From positions 50,608 to 114,607 of IMG/VR virus record IMGVR_UViG_3300044614_001341: a stretch of DNA of 64,000 nt. One strand, 5' to 3'. This DNA is from a virus. The position numbers were made by a program, and so were the translations under genes. A model generated the notes under the pieces. It had not been told where the DNA came from and ran no database searches. It worked only from the letters and a program-made list of their open reading frames with translations. Shown piece by piece: positions 55,601 to 64,000 of the stretch (positions are counted from its first letter, which is position 1; the number at the start of each line of letters is the position of its first letter).

Positions 55601-58600
55601 CTAAATGGACCCTCTTTATGATTTGATGTTGCAACTCTAAATCTAATTAAGTTTTGTCCATTATATGAACCAACAACAGTTTCTCCAACAGAAAATGCTG
55701 CCGATGCGCCATAGTTTTGTAGAGTAGAATCATTCGCAATCTCAACAAGTTTTGGAATAAAATCTACACCACTATTACCATCTAAGAATTGATAAGTTTG
55801 TGTCAATGGTTTCATATTAACTGCACTAAAACCAGTGTTACGGGATCTCATATAGAGTTCGGTTCCACTGGCAAGTAATCTATCATCAACATTTGTAGAA
55901 GAACTTGATCCAACAATAGCCCAACGTCCAGTTGCTCTCAACCAGACCCAGTTTGTTTGATTAATATTTACATCTGCAAGTCTAATTGTTCTTACCCAAC
56001 TATCACTAGATGGATTAAGTTTAATAGTTCCACTGTAAGAAACGACATGGAATGGGTTCACATTTTCAACCTTAGTTGCCAATGGTTGCTCAATCCAACC
56101 AATAGATTCGTACTTTAATGTAATTACATCATTGATTTTTTGAACATTTGAATCATATAAAGAGAAATTGCTACTAAGATCTAAAGTTTCGTCGGTAAAG
56201 ACCTGGGCAGAAACAGGAAGTAAATTAATACTATTTCTACTAATTTGTGGAGTTAATTCATCATTCTCAAAATCTACTTCAACTTTTGATACATCCGTAT
56301 TAATTAAATCTGTGTTTTTAAAATCATCGACAAAAAATCCTGTTTTAAATCTATTAAAACCTTGTGCATCCTGAATTTGTAATGTTTGAACATTAAGTTC
56401 CAAAAGAGATAAAGAGGTAACTCTTTCAAGATTTTCTACTCTATCTTCAATTAAACCAATATCACGCATCGTATATCTTCTATTATCTGCAAGAAAGACT
56501 GACGCATCTTTTGGATTATAAAGATATGGTGGAAGATTTATTGTTGCAATCTCCATTACATCATCAGGTTTTGATGGTGCCTTAGGATCAGTTGATGGGG
56601 TTCCTTGAAGAACAATGAAGTTTCCTAATTTATCAAGATATAACTTGTCGATTCTTCCAAGATAAAAATCATATCCAATCAAAGAATTTTCATTCGGAGA
56701 TAGAATCAACTTTGGATCAGTTCCAAAAGATCTTGAAGAGAAGTCGAATGGTGAAGAAGTTGTGCTAGAAAATATTGATACTCTTGGTCTAAAATCAAGG
56801 GTATCAGATGCTCTCACATTGTCTTTACCTATAGATGGGATATCGGAACCAAATCTTTCTGCAGTATAACTATTAACTGTAAATACGTCTCCAGTATCAC
56901 CAGATGGAATTGAATAATAATCAAATACGATTAAAAGTTGTTTGGTTGGAGCAGATTCTCCGGAGTTTCTAATAATTTTCGAATAATCATAATATTGCTC
57001 TTTTTGACCTTTATCAAGTGTAAAACTATTGGTAATATTTTTATAATTTCCTTGGATAATTGTAGCAATTGATGTATTAATGTTGGACTCTTCGAAAGTA
57101 ACATTCTCACCAGCAATAAATCTATTAGTATTCAAATACACAATACCAAGATTATTTGAAGATGGTTTAGTTACAACTCTGGCGATTGCCTTACTGGATT
57201 GTCCAATAATATTCTCACCAACGATTGCATTTGTATCTACATTTGCAATTGAACTAAAGGTTAAAGTATCTAATGAAGGTGCTGAAGTATTTAAAGATTC
57301 ATACACTGCAATCACTTTTACAACATCTGGGTATTTTAAACATATCTCTTCATCTTGAACCCTTAAACCATAAAATTGATTATATGTTAATCCATCATTA
57401 ATAGAAGTACTAATTCCTGTACCAGATTCTGGATATTTTGATAGATTTACATTAATGGTTTGACTTCGCGTAAATTGTTTTACTTTACTTTGTGTGCCAT
57501 TTTTAATAAAGGTGGCATTAATTGTAGAAATATTTTTATTTTGGATATTATTAAATGTTACTTGATTATTAGATAGAGTTACTTTATCTGATGTTAGACC
57601 TTCTATGCTACCGTCAGCATAATGAATTGAATATCTTTCCTCATCAAAAGACTGGAATTGAGAAAATGATGAACTAATCCCTAAATCAAAATTTCCTGTT
57701 GTAACTGTCAGAGTGTTGCTAGATGGTGTTAAAGTTGTGTTAGATTGTGCTGTAAATGATAATGTGGAGTTACTCAGGTTAGTTGATGCAATATTGGCAT
57801 CAGGCAATTGAGCATAAAGGTAACCTTTTTGCTCATTTCTAATTTTTGGAGCACCGATTGAAAAAGTTGTACTTGTTTGTGATAATGGCAATCCACCATC
57901 ACAAACACCCGACACAGTATTAATACCAACAAGTGTCATAGATGAACCATCTGACGAAACAGACAGAACTCTATTGTAAGTTTCGGTAACAAAACCTACT
58001 CTTTGGTATCTGATAATTGTATCAGATGCAATTCCACTAAAAGGTTTTCCTGAAGAAGAAACAGCACCTGATGATTGAATAGTAATAACATCTGTTGGAG
58101 AAAATCCAAACGCAGTTGTTTTATCTAACTGAGCATCTGCCGCAAAAGCCGTAGAAAAACCAGAAGTTGCAGTTGATTGGAATAAAGATTTTATATCTTG
58201 AGTGGAATATACTCTAATTGATTTAATTGTTCTGGGATATAATTCTAGACCATTAATTATAATTTGCTCACCAACAATAAAAGTACCTGATGTCTGTCTA
58301 AGAGAAATAATATCAGAACCTGTACCGGCAGCAGTGGCATATCCACTTGCACCACTACTCTTACCCTTTATAAAGGATGTTATTGGAAGTTGAGCACCAG
58401 ATATTGATTGATTTAACGTTAATTGTGTATATGTTTGAATATCATATAAGTATAGATCCCAATTTGTAGCAACATTCGAGTATGCTGCATCAGTTAAATT
58501 AAAAGCATAAACTCTAGCATCACCTATTTTTGTTCCTGTTGCAGCAATTGTTGATGATTTTCTTTGGTTATAGAGATCAATTGAAGACTTTTGTTTTGGC

Positions 58601-59832
58601 GCTCCAGAAGAATTATTGACTCTAATCAAATTGCCCATTTCAAATGGTATATTAACATTTGATTTTGATAGGGACGTCCTGGGTTTTGGAACATCTACAA
58701 TTTCTACACCAGTTTTTTCAATATCATAACCTCTAACATAAGCCTTTCCTGGTGAAAACTTAACACACATCAAATTATCTGATGGTATATTATTTTGTTC
58801 TGTCTTTTCATTACTAAAGAAAAGACCATCGTTTCCTAATCTATTGTTAAGAGAATTGTTTAATGAAAATTGAAATGGAGTTACAACATAATCCCCAGAT
58901 TCATCATATGTTCTTTGGGCAAGATAATCTCTAATAATAGAATATTGGGATTTAGTTTCAATCTTTTTAATGTTTCCATCTTGAACTCTTAATAACTCGA
59001 CAAAATCAGTATCATTCTCAATGTCAGATAAAAGTTTTTTGTCTAATGTTAATGATATTTTAAATCTATCAGATCCAGGTGCTGCATAGTTTGTAAAACC
59101 TTTTGCATTATCATATAATGTCGGGTCATCTTTTGCTGTGATGATTTGTTCGTTTACTCTTAAACCTACTCTATATGATGGGGTGTTTGAATAATAATCA
59201 AGAATTATTGTTTGCTTAGGAACACGTACAAATGTTCCTCGGATAAAATATACGCCTTCACCAATAGAAGATGCAGATCCAGTAGAAGTTGAACTATTGG
59301 AAATAGTGGAAGCGAAAGGTGTACCAGAAGCAATTGTCGTTCCTGAGTATACTACATTTTCACTCGCATATAAAAATTCACCATCTTGGAATTCATTAAA
59401 TGTAAAATTATTATCGGAATCTTGATATTTTACATAAATGGTTGCATATTCAACTTCTGAATTTGGTAATTGGACTTTTTGTACTGTTGCTGTAGTCCCA
59501 GAAGTTTGACCGGTAATTTTTTTCCCAACAAACTGCTCAAGATATGAAATAATATTTGCGCCGTAAATTGTGGGATTTAATTTAACTGAATAAAATTGAT
59601 TATCGTAAACAATATTTCCAGGGATCACCATTGACCCTTCTTTGAAAATATGACTACCAAAAGATTCTACTTGATCTTGTAGAATAGATTGTAAAGTATT
59701 TAATTCTCTCGCTTGAACAGGTTTTCCCGGATTAAATAAAACCTTATAATAATTTTTGTCTTTAGCGCCTACATCAGGCTCATTAAAATCATCATAGTAG
59801 GGGCTTACATTAAGATTTGTTTTCTGAGCCAT
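52639..59832 (-). CDS. Large baseplate-associated structural protein (VrlC/DUF4815-like)
   Basis: NLNVSPYYDDF; QARELNTLQ; RTYDESGDY; RYTMRDIG; DPLAQSF; GSLFKSQN; DLRSIA. Confidence 0.88.
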   Translation of the reverse strand: MAQKTNLNVSPYYDDFNEPDVGAKDKNYYKVLFNPGKPVQARELNTLQSILQDQVESFGSHIFKEGSMVIPGNIVYDNQFYSVKLNPTIYGANIISYLEQFVGKKITGQTSGTTATVQKVQLPNSEVEYATIYVKYQDSDNNFTFNEFQDGEFLYASENVVYSGTTIASGTPFASTISNSSTSTGSASSIGEGVYFIRGTFVRVPKQTIILDYYSNTPSYRVGLRVNEQIITAKDDPTLYDNAKGFTNYAAPGSDRFKISLTLDKKLLSDIENDTDFVELLRVQDGNIKKIETKSQYSIIRDYLAQRTYDESGDYVVTPFQFSLNNSLNNRLGNDGLFFSNEKTEQNNIPSDNLMCVKFSPGKAYVRGYDIEKTGVEIVDVPKPRTSLSKSNVNIPFEMGNLIRVNNSSGAPKQKSSIDLYNQRKSSTIAATGTKIGDARVYAFNLTDAAYSNVATNWDLYLYDIQTYTQLTLNQSISGAQLPITSFIKGKSSGASGYATAAGTGSDIISLRQTSGTFIVGEQIIINGLELYPRTIKSIRVYSTQDIKSLFQSTATSGFSTAFAADAQLDKTTAFGFSPTDVITIQSSGAVSSSGKPFSGIASDTIIRYQRVGFVTETYNRVLSVSSDGSSMTLVGINTVSGVCDGGLPLSQTSTTFSIGAPKIRNEQKGYLYAQLPDANIASTNLSNSTLSFTAQSNTTLTPSSNTLTVTTGNFDLGISSSFSQFQSFDEERYSIHYADGSIEGLTSDKVTLSNNQVTFNNIQNKNISTINATFIKNGTQSKVKQFTRSQTINVNLSKYPESGTGISTSINDGLTYNQFYGLRVQDEEICLKYPDVVKVIAVYESLNTSAPSLDTLTFSSIANVDTNAIVGENIIGQSSKAIARVVTKPSSNNLGIVYLNTNRFIAGENVTFEESNINTSIATIIQGNYKNITNSFTLDKGQKEQYYDYSKIIRNSGESAPTKQLLIVFDYYSIPSGDTGDVFTVNSYTAERFGSDIPSIGKDNVRASDTLDFRPRVSIFSSTTSSPFDFSSRSFGTDPKLILSPNENSLIGYDFYLGRIDKLYLDKLGNFIVLQGTPSTDPKAPSKPDDVMEIATINLPPYLYNPKDASVFLADNRRYTMRDIGLIEDRVENLERVTSLSLLELNVQTLQIQDAQGFNRFKTGFFVDDFKNTDLINTDVSKVEVDFENDELTPQISRNSINLLPVSAQVFTDETLDLSSNFSLYDSNVQKINDVITLKYESIGWIEQPLATKVENVNPFHVVSYSGTIKLNPSSDSWVRTIRLADVNINQTNWVWLRATGRWAIVGSSSSTNVDDRLLASGTELYMRSRNTGFSAVNMKPLTQTYQFLDGNSGVDFIPKLVEIANDSTLQNYGASAAFSVGETVVGSYNGQNLIRFRVATSNHKEGPFSSPTTTYNINPYNKSENIPSSYSLTSKVLNIDIDSLCAEAQGLYSGYLITGMKLVGQTSGAVAYVKTLRLITDNYGDLKGSFFLRDPNTNPTPPVRIATGSKVYKLTSSSTNQTPLPGSKLICSAETIYKAEGTWEQRQRVTTTSTTIYFVDPLAQSFSVGGNIEDTNGNSPNDDANGAYLTAVDLFFASKDPNNAPLTVEVRTVELGTPTRVIVGNPVTLKPDQIQTSTNASVATTVTFDYPIYLAPGLEYAIVLLAPQTDQYEVWIAEMGEKTVNTANLPDAESVRYTKQFAIGSLFKSQNGSIWTENQYQDLKFKLYKANFTATSGSVFFQNPTLNESNGYVPTLSNNPVTTLPKKFAIGISTVTSSAMIGILTTGRKIADAAKPYNYGYIVGTGSSVSTVGITTGGSNYTTTSNVGTYSITGSGTGLRLNITATNGAVSAATVASVGNGYAVGDVVGITTANVSPAAGRDARITITAITGLDTLYISNAQAESFTTVGISTLVYYNDSGTAISLASTTIRTSSPVGGIYAGNFMKVNHFDHGMYAANNKLTLYNVESNIIPTTLSLPLLSTDTSISVASTSNFTTFEGIAVSGSNPGYIKIENEIIKYESVGTGQLLTITRGIDSTLVLDHPVSTLVYKYELSGVSLRRINTTHDISDTGNDIDSYYIEFNRSNFDSNAINRSTDGSLSSAPQLSFDAEIATGGSGVESTENIQYDSIIPEIVGLVPGSATEVTAQIRSVSGTSVDGTEVSFQDQGYENVEIGVLNKLSSTRIICSNINEDTYLEGVLLSNRSKSFVAKVNLSTTDNNLSPMIFWKNSAVQLLSSRLNSPVSNYITDNRANSLIDDPHAAIYVSNTVRLSQSATSLKVIISAYRHSSADFRVLYSLIRPDSSEVEQAFVLFPGYNNLTIDANQDGYPDVINSANNSGLPDTFVPASLENQFLDYEFTANNLGEFTGYTIKIVMSGTNQAYAPRFKDLRSIAIR

Positions 59833-59835
59833 TTC

Positions 59836-61395
59836 TTAAAATTCCAGGATAATTTTAACGTCTTCTTTTTGTCTAGAACTTCTTGTTACTGTAGGTCTAT
59901 TATCAATGTAGATTACATCACCAGACTTATTATTTATCTCTGGATTTGCAAGACCATTTGTAAATTCTACCCCCAGATTTACAATTTTATTTGAAATTGT
60001 TGTTGTAATACCAGAAAAAGAACTATCTACAGAGGCATTAAACCCACCACCAACTTTTGTAATTTGATTGGTTGAATTAAAATCTAATACTTTTCCTGTA
60101 GATGATATACCAATATAATCAGTTTGATCATAAGTTGTGGGGTTGAAGTATAAAGATCTATCTCTAAAATACTTTAGAACTTGTGTTTCAGAATCATATG
60201 ATGCAACATAACCAATTGCCTTCCCGCCAGTAACTGATTGTTGAATTTTATCTCCAACTGAAATTGAACCTGATGGTGTTCCGCCAAGTTTTAGTGCGTA
60301 AACGGCAGAAAATTCTGTTGATGTAAAATTTGTTGTATTAATGCCCGTAGAATCAAATACTGATGGATTTTTCAATATTCCAACTTGAGCAAATTTCGAA
60401 TCAATAGGGAAGTTTTTAGTTGAATCATCAAATCTAGCATAGATTAAAATTTTATCAGCACCTAATTCCTTATAGATATCAAAACCATGTCCTTTTGATG
60501 GTGGTATGATTGGAATCAATTCTGCATATTGACCTGGGATTGTTGTTGTTCCTAAATCAACTAAACCATAAGTATAATTTTTACCACCAGAAGTTACAGT
60601 AGTATCTGTAATTCTTCCTGATGAGTCCACTTCTACAGTTACTGTGGCACCACTACCGTCTCCAATAATATTGCAAGACTGTCCAGAAGACAATGTATAC
60701 CCCAATCCTCTTTTTTCAATATAAACTTTTTTGATTTGATTATCATTTAGAGTGGAGTCGCCATTTTCTCTAACAGCGGTTATTTGGGCATCTGTAGATG
60801 TGTCCCAGTCATTTGGTACAATGATATATTCAATAGAATCAAATTTAATAATATCACTCGGTGAGACTGTATAAAGATATTTCCAAAGATAACCATCACC
60901 ACTTTCACCTGCTGGAGATGGTTCTAAATCTGTAAAAGTTGGTTCATCTTGGGATGCACTTCCTGTTGTATTAATACCAGAGGAACCGTTGTCAATGCAA
61001 ATATAAACTCTATAATCAGAATTAATAACATAATAGTTAGCATCATATAATCTCATTGCACCGGTAATTGGTGAAGGATTTACAACACTGTAATCGGGTC
61101 TGTACATTTCATATTTTGTACCTCTTACCCAATCAATTCTTCTAACTACTCTTTTAACATTTGCACTTGTAATTTTTTTACCAAAAAGAGCAGTCGTTTT
61201 GTATTGATTCAAATAATCTATATTATCAGTGGGATTAGGTGGAGTTGTATCCCAATTAGAATCTCTACCAAAACCAGAGGTAGTTGGATTTGATAGACCT
61301 ACAAAGACATAATATGAATTTGAAGAATCCTGAACAGAATCTATGAAATTGGATCCATTCAGAATTCTAAATTGATCTGTTACAAGTGCAGACAT
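59836..61395 (-). CDS. gp8: Baseplate wedge subunit (gp8)
   Basis: YYVINSDYRVYICIDN; DGYLWKYLY; SGDVIYIDNR...QKEDVKIILEF. Confidence 0.92.
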   Translation of the reverse strand: MSALVTDQFRILNGSNFIDSVQDSSNSYYVFVGLSNPTTSGFGRDSNWDTTPPNPTDNIDYLNQYKTTALFGKKITSANVKRVVRRIDWVRGTKYEMYRPDYSVVNPSPITGAMRLYDANYYVINSDYRVYICIDNGSSGINTTGSASQDEPTFTDLEPSPAGESGDGYLWKYLYTVSPSDIIKFDSIEYIIVPNDWDTSTDAQITAVRENGDSTLNDNQIKKVYIEKRGLGYTLSSGQSCNIIGDGSGATVTVEVDSSGRITDTTVTSGGKNYTYGLVDLGTTTIPGQYAELIPIIPPSKGHGFDIYKELGADKILIYARFDDSTKNFPIDSKFAQVGILKNPSVFDSTGINTTNFTSTEFSAVYALKLGGTPSGSISVGDKIQQSVTGGKAIGYVASYDSETQVLKYFRDRSLYFNPTTYDQTDYIGISSTGKVLDFNSTNQITKVGGGFNASVDSSFSGITTTISNKIVNLGVEFTNGLANPEINNKSGDVIYIDNRPTVTRSSRQKEDVKIILEF

Positions 61396-61428
61396 TTGAA
61401 TATAGTTTTTTCTATATTTATATCAATA

Positions 61429-64000
61429 TCACAAGTTCTTTTCAATTGGTCCAATATTCCTTAAACCATATCCTCTTCTTTGAATGGTTGGGAACGTCGT
61501 AAGACCAGCATTAATTGTAAACCCAGAAACTGCAATTGAAACTGGTGAAGATGATCTTGTAAATCCAGATAACTTGCCCCAAGAGAATTTTCCTACAGTT
61601 AAACCTGTAGTTGCAATTCCTACGATAGAAGAATTAGATCTAATATTGCAAGTTATTATACCTACACCAGCATCAATTCCACTAATATTATAAATGTTAT
61701 CTAAGAATGTAGTTCCAATACCAATAATTGCATCATTAGATGAATATATTGAAGTAACACCATTTCCAACTTTGGTGTCAAAAATATAAATTGGATAACC
61801 AACTGATAAACCATTAACTGATGATAATGTAAATTTAATTGCTAAATCAGTTCCAATTCCAACTGTTGTTCCAATTCCAGTAATATTTCCTGATGCACCA
61901 ATAAGTGCAGTAATGTCGGAAATATTTTCATAGGTTGGATCTGGTAGAGGGGCAATGACCTGAGGTACAATACTTGTTGTATAACCAAAACCTGGGTTTG
62001 TTATAGTTGCCACAGAAAGAGAACCATTTACAATGGAAATTGATGCAGTTGCAACAGTTCCAATGCCAACACCCACAGTTGGTGGTGCAGATATCTTAAC
62101 TGTTACTGCAGAACCGACATAACCACTTCCGGAATTATTAATAGTAAGTGATTGAATTGTTCCTGCAGCAGAAACAATCGCTGTAATTGCGGCAGAAACT
62201 GGGTCTGGGGAACCAGAGACAATGAGAGCATTAAAATCAATACTTCCTGGTAATTCACCTTCGTAGTTAAAGAACTGTGCATTATCAACATAAACTTCAG
62301 TATCAGATATGCCAATGTTTTTAATAATTTTTGCTGTTGGGTATATTTGTGGTTCAATAGAGTCTCTAGATTTAGAAACAATATTACCGTCAATAATTTG
62401 ATCTGTTTTTTGTTTTGTCCAACTTACAGGCTTTTCATATGTGATATCAATACCATCTAATGTGTATAGATTTGTTTGAACTTTGTCGGAAGAAGGAATA
62501 TCCGAAATTGTTCTTATATTTTGTGTTGTAGTAATGTCAAGTAAAGCATTGTTACTATAAACTTGTAGGTTGTCTCCTATTTTTAAAGATTCAAACACAT
62601 CAACAGAAGTACTATCTGAAGAACTACCTTTATAGAAGAAAATTGAAACTTGATCTTCTGGTTTTGGAGCCTGAGTAAATGTAAATGATGTTCCACCTTC
62701 AAATTGATATGCAACTTTTGGTTCTTGTAAAATACCATTAATAAAAATTATTAATAAAGAATCGAAGTCAATCAACTGAGAATCTGAATCACTACTACTT
62801 CTTTCAAAACTTAATAGTTGAGAATTATAATAAAGTGGGAATCTAGTTCTAGATCCATCTTGATAATTTTGAACTGAATCAATATAATCTAGTTCACCAA
62901 ATTGCCAAGATCCAAATGAATCTGTAAAGGTTTCTAAAACCGTCAATTCAAACTGAGAAACTGGGCTTGCTAGACCATAAGCAGTTACTAGACCAACTGG
63001 TTTAAATACATCACCTTTTTTAAATCCATATCCAGGTCTAGTAATCTTGAAAGATTTAACTACAAACAAAGAACTTAAAGAATTGATATCGGAAACTGAT
63101 AGATAATTGTTAATAGTTATCCCCGCCGGCACCACTGCTCCACCAGCAGCAAGAAAAACTGAATTGTCATCATCATAAATTATTGAATTGATATTGTCAG
63201 TGTAGATAAAACTATCAAATTCATAACCTTGTGTATTTGAATTTCGCATTATCCAATTAATTCCATCAACTGAAGTGCCTATTTTTCCATTATTACCACC
63301 AGCAACATAACTATTGTTTCCAAATGCGAGAGTTTTAATACTATCAGTATCAAAACCAGAAGGTGTTGGGATCCATGTGATTGTATCTGTTGAGGTATTT
63401 AAGATTCCACCATAACCACCAGCAACATAGACATTGTTGCCAAAAGTAAGTGCATAAATGGGGTTGTTATTGCCAAAACTAGTAGTTCTTAAGGTCCAAT
63501 TAATAGAATCTGTTGATGTGCCTAAGATTCCACTACCACCAGACACAAACCCACCAGCAACATAAGTATTGTTTGCGAAAGTAAGTGCATAAATGAAACT
63601 ATTACCAAAACCAGAAGTTCTTCTAGTCCAACTAATTGCATCTGTTGAGGTATTTAAGATTCCACTAGCACCACCAGCAACATAGACATTGTTTGCATAA
63701 GTAATGGCAAAAACAGTAGAACCACCAATGCTAGAAGTTCTTAATTCCCAAGTAATTGCATCTGTTGAGGTATTTAAGATTCCACTAACACCACCAGCAA
63801 CATAGACATTGTTTGCATAAGTAATGGCAAAAACAGTAGAACCACCAATGCTAGAAGTTCTTAATTCCCAAGTAATTGCATCGGTTGATGTAGTAATGTA
63901 TGAATCATAAAAAGGTAAATTTGAGTCATATATCTCACCCGCCGCAATATAAATTCCATTTCCATATGATACTAAATTAGTATTTCCAATATCAATGCCA
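61429..64000 (-). CDS. 3' part of a large baseplate wedge protein (gp7-like) with an inserted beta-propeller region
   Basis: By hand translation the frame stays open from 63546 to the window end, so the true start is outside; FINGILQEP and FSWGKL motifs; upstream of gp8. Confidence 0.8.
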   Translation of the reverse strand, partial: GIDIGNTNLVSYGNGIYIAAGEIYDSNLPFYDSYITTSTDAITWELRTSSIGGSTVFAITYANNVYVAGGVSGILNTSTDAITWELRTSSIGGSTVFAITYANNVYVAGGASGILNTSTDAISWTRRTSGFGNSFIYALTFANNTYVAGGFVSGGSGILGTSTDSINWTLRTTSFGNNNPIYALTFGNNVYVAGGYGGILNTSTDTITWIPTPSGFDTDSIKTLAFGNNSYVAGGNNGKIGTSVDGINWIMRNSNTQGYEFDSFIYTDNINSIIYDDDNSVFLAAGGAVVPAGITINNYLSVSDINSLSSLFVVKSFKITRPGYGFKKGDVFKPVGLVTAYGLASPVSQFELTVLETFTDSFGSWQFGELDYIDSVQNYQDGSRTRFPLYYNSQLLSFERSSSDSDSQLIDFDSLLIIFINGILQEPKVAYQFEGGTSFTFTQAPKPEDQVSIFFYKGSSSDSTSVDVFESLKIGDNLQVYSNNALLDITTTQNIRTISDIPSSDKVQTNLYTLDGIDITYEKPVSWTKQKTDQIIDGNIVSKSRDSIEPQIYPTAKIIKNIGISDTEVYVDNAQFFNYEGELPGSIDFNALIVSGSPDPVSAAITAIVSAAGTIQSLTINNSGSGYVGSAVTVKISAPPTVGVGIGTVATASISIVNGSLSVATITNPGFGYTTSIVPQVIAPLPDPTYENISDITALIGASGNITGIGTTVGIGTDLAIKFTLSSVNGLSVGYPIYIFDTKVGNGVTSIYSSNDAIIGIGTTFLDNIYNISGIDAGVGIITCNIRSNSSIVGIATTGLTVGKFSWGKLSGFTRSSSPVSIAVSGFTINAGLTTFPTIQRRGYGLRNIGPIEKNL
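63633..63882 (-). repeat. Tandem 120-bp near-perfect duplication encoding 40-aa propeller blades
   Basis: 63633-63762 versus 63753-63882 differ at one base; more divergent copies extend to about 63230. Confidence 0.92.

Noticed and set aside
63633-63882. 120-bp repeat pair as a DGR template/variable repeat
   Set aside because: The copies are tandem and in frame with a single mismatch, and no reverse transcriptase is in the window
1-64000. CRISPR array or other repeat-spacer array
   Set aside because: No regularly spaced repeat-spacer pattern seen by eye; intergenic gaps are short and mostly explained by promoters and terminators

Overview
A 64-kb segment of a T4-like cyanomyovirus genome (Kyanoviridae-like; host and habitat are inferred from gene content only). 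Essentially all genes are on the minus strand. In transcription order (right to left): baseplate and neck genes (partial gp7-like, gp8, VrlC/DUF4815-like, gp13-15), terminase (gp16, gp17), tail and head genes (gp18-23, gp3), recombination and late transcription (uvsY, uvsW, gp55, gp47, gp46), an AAA+/vWA pair (CobS/CobT-like), and the replisome (gp45, gp44, dam, gp62, regA, hsp20, gp43, uvsX, gp41). These are followed by mazG, tRNA-Ala(UGC), tRNA-Leu(UAG), a cytidyltransferase-like gene and conserved virion-associated genes. Several real ORFs under 60 aa are missing from the supplied track. Most interesting signals: (1) a dispersed set of late genes with T4 capsid-targeting-like N-termini and modular 'polyproteins' punctuated by gp21-type [ILV]xE sites, suggesting a protease-processed head cargo system that includes an RlpA-like enzyme; (2) four free-standing homing endonuclease genes, each with a late promoter inside a start-proximal hairpin, three of which overlap a neighbour's tRNA, promoter or RBS, and one of which has a candidate antisense small RNA; (3) an unannotated NblA-like ORF; (4) overlapping divergent sigma70 promoters at gp55. 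All assignments come from motif recognition and synteny; no searches were run.
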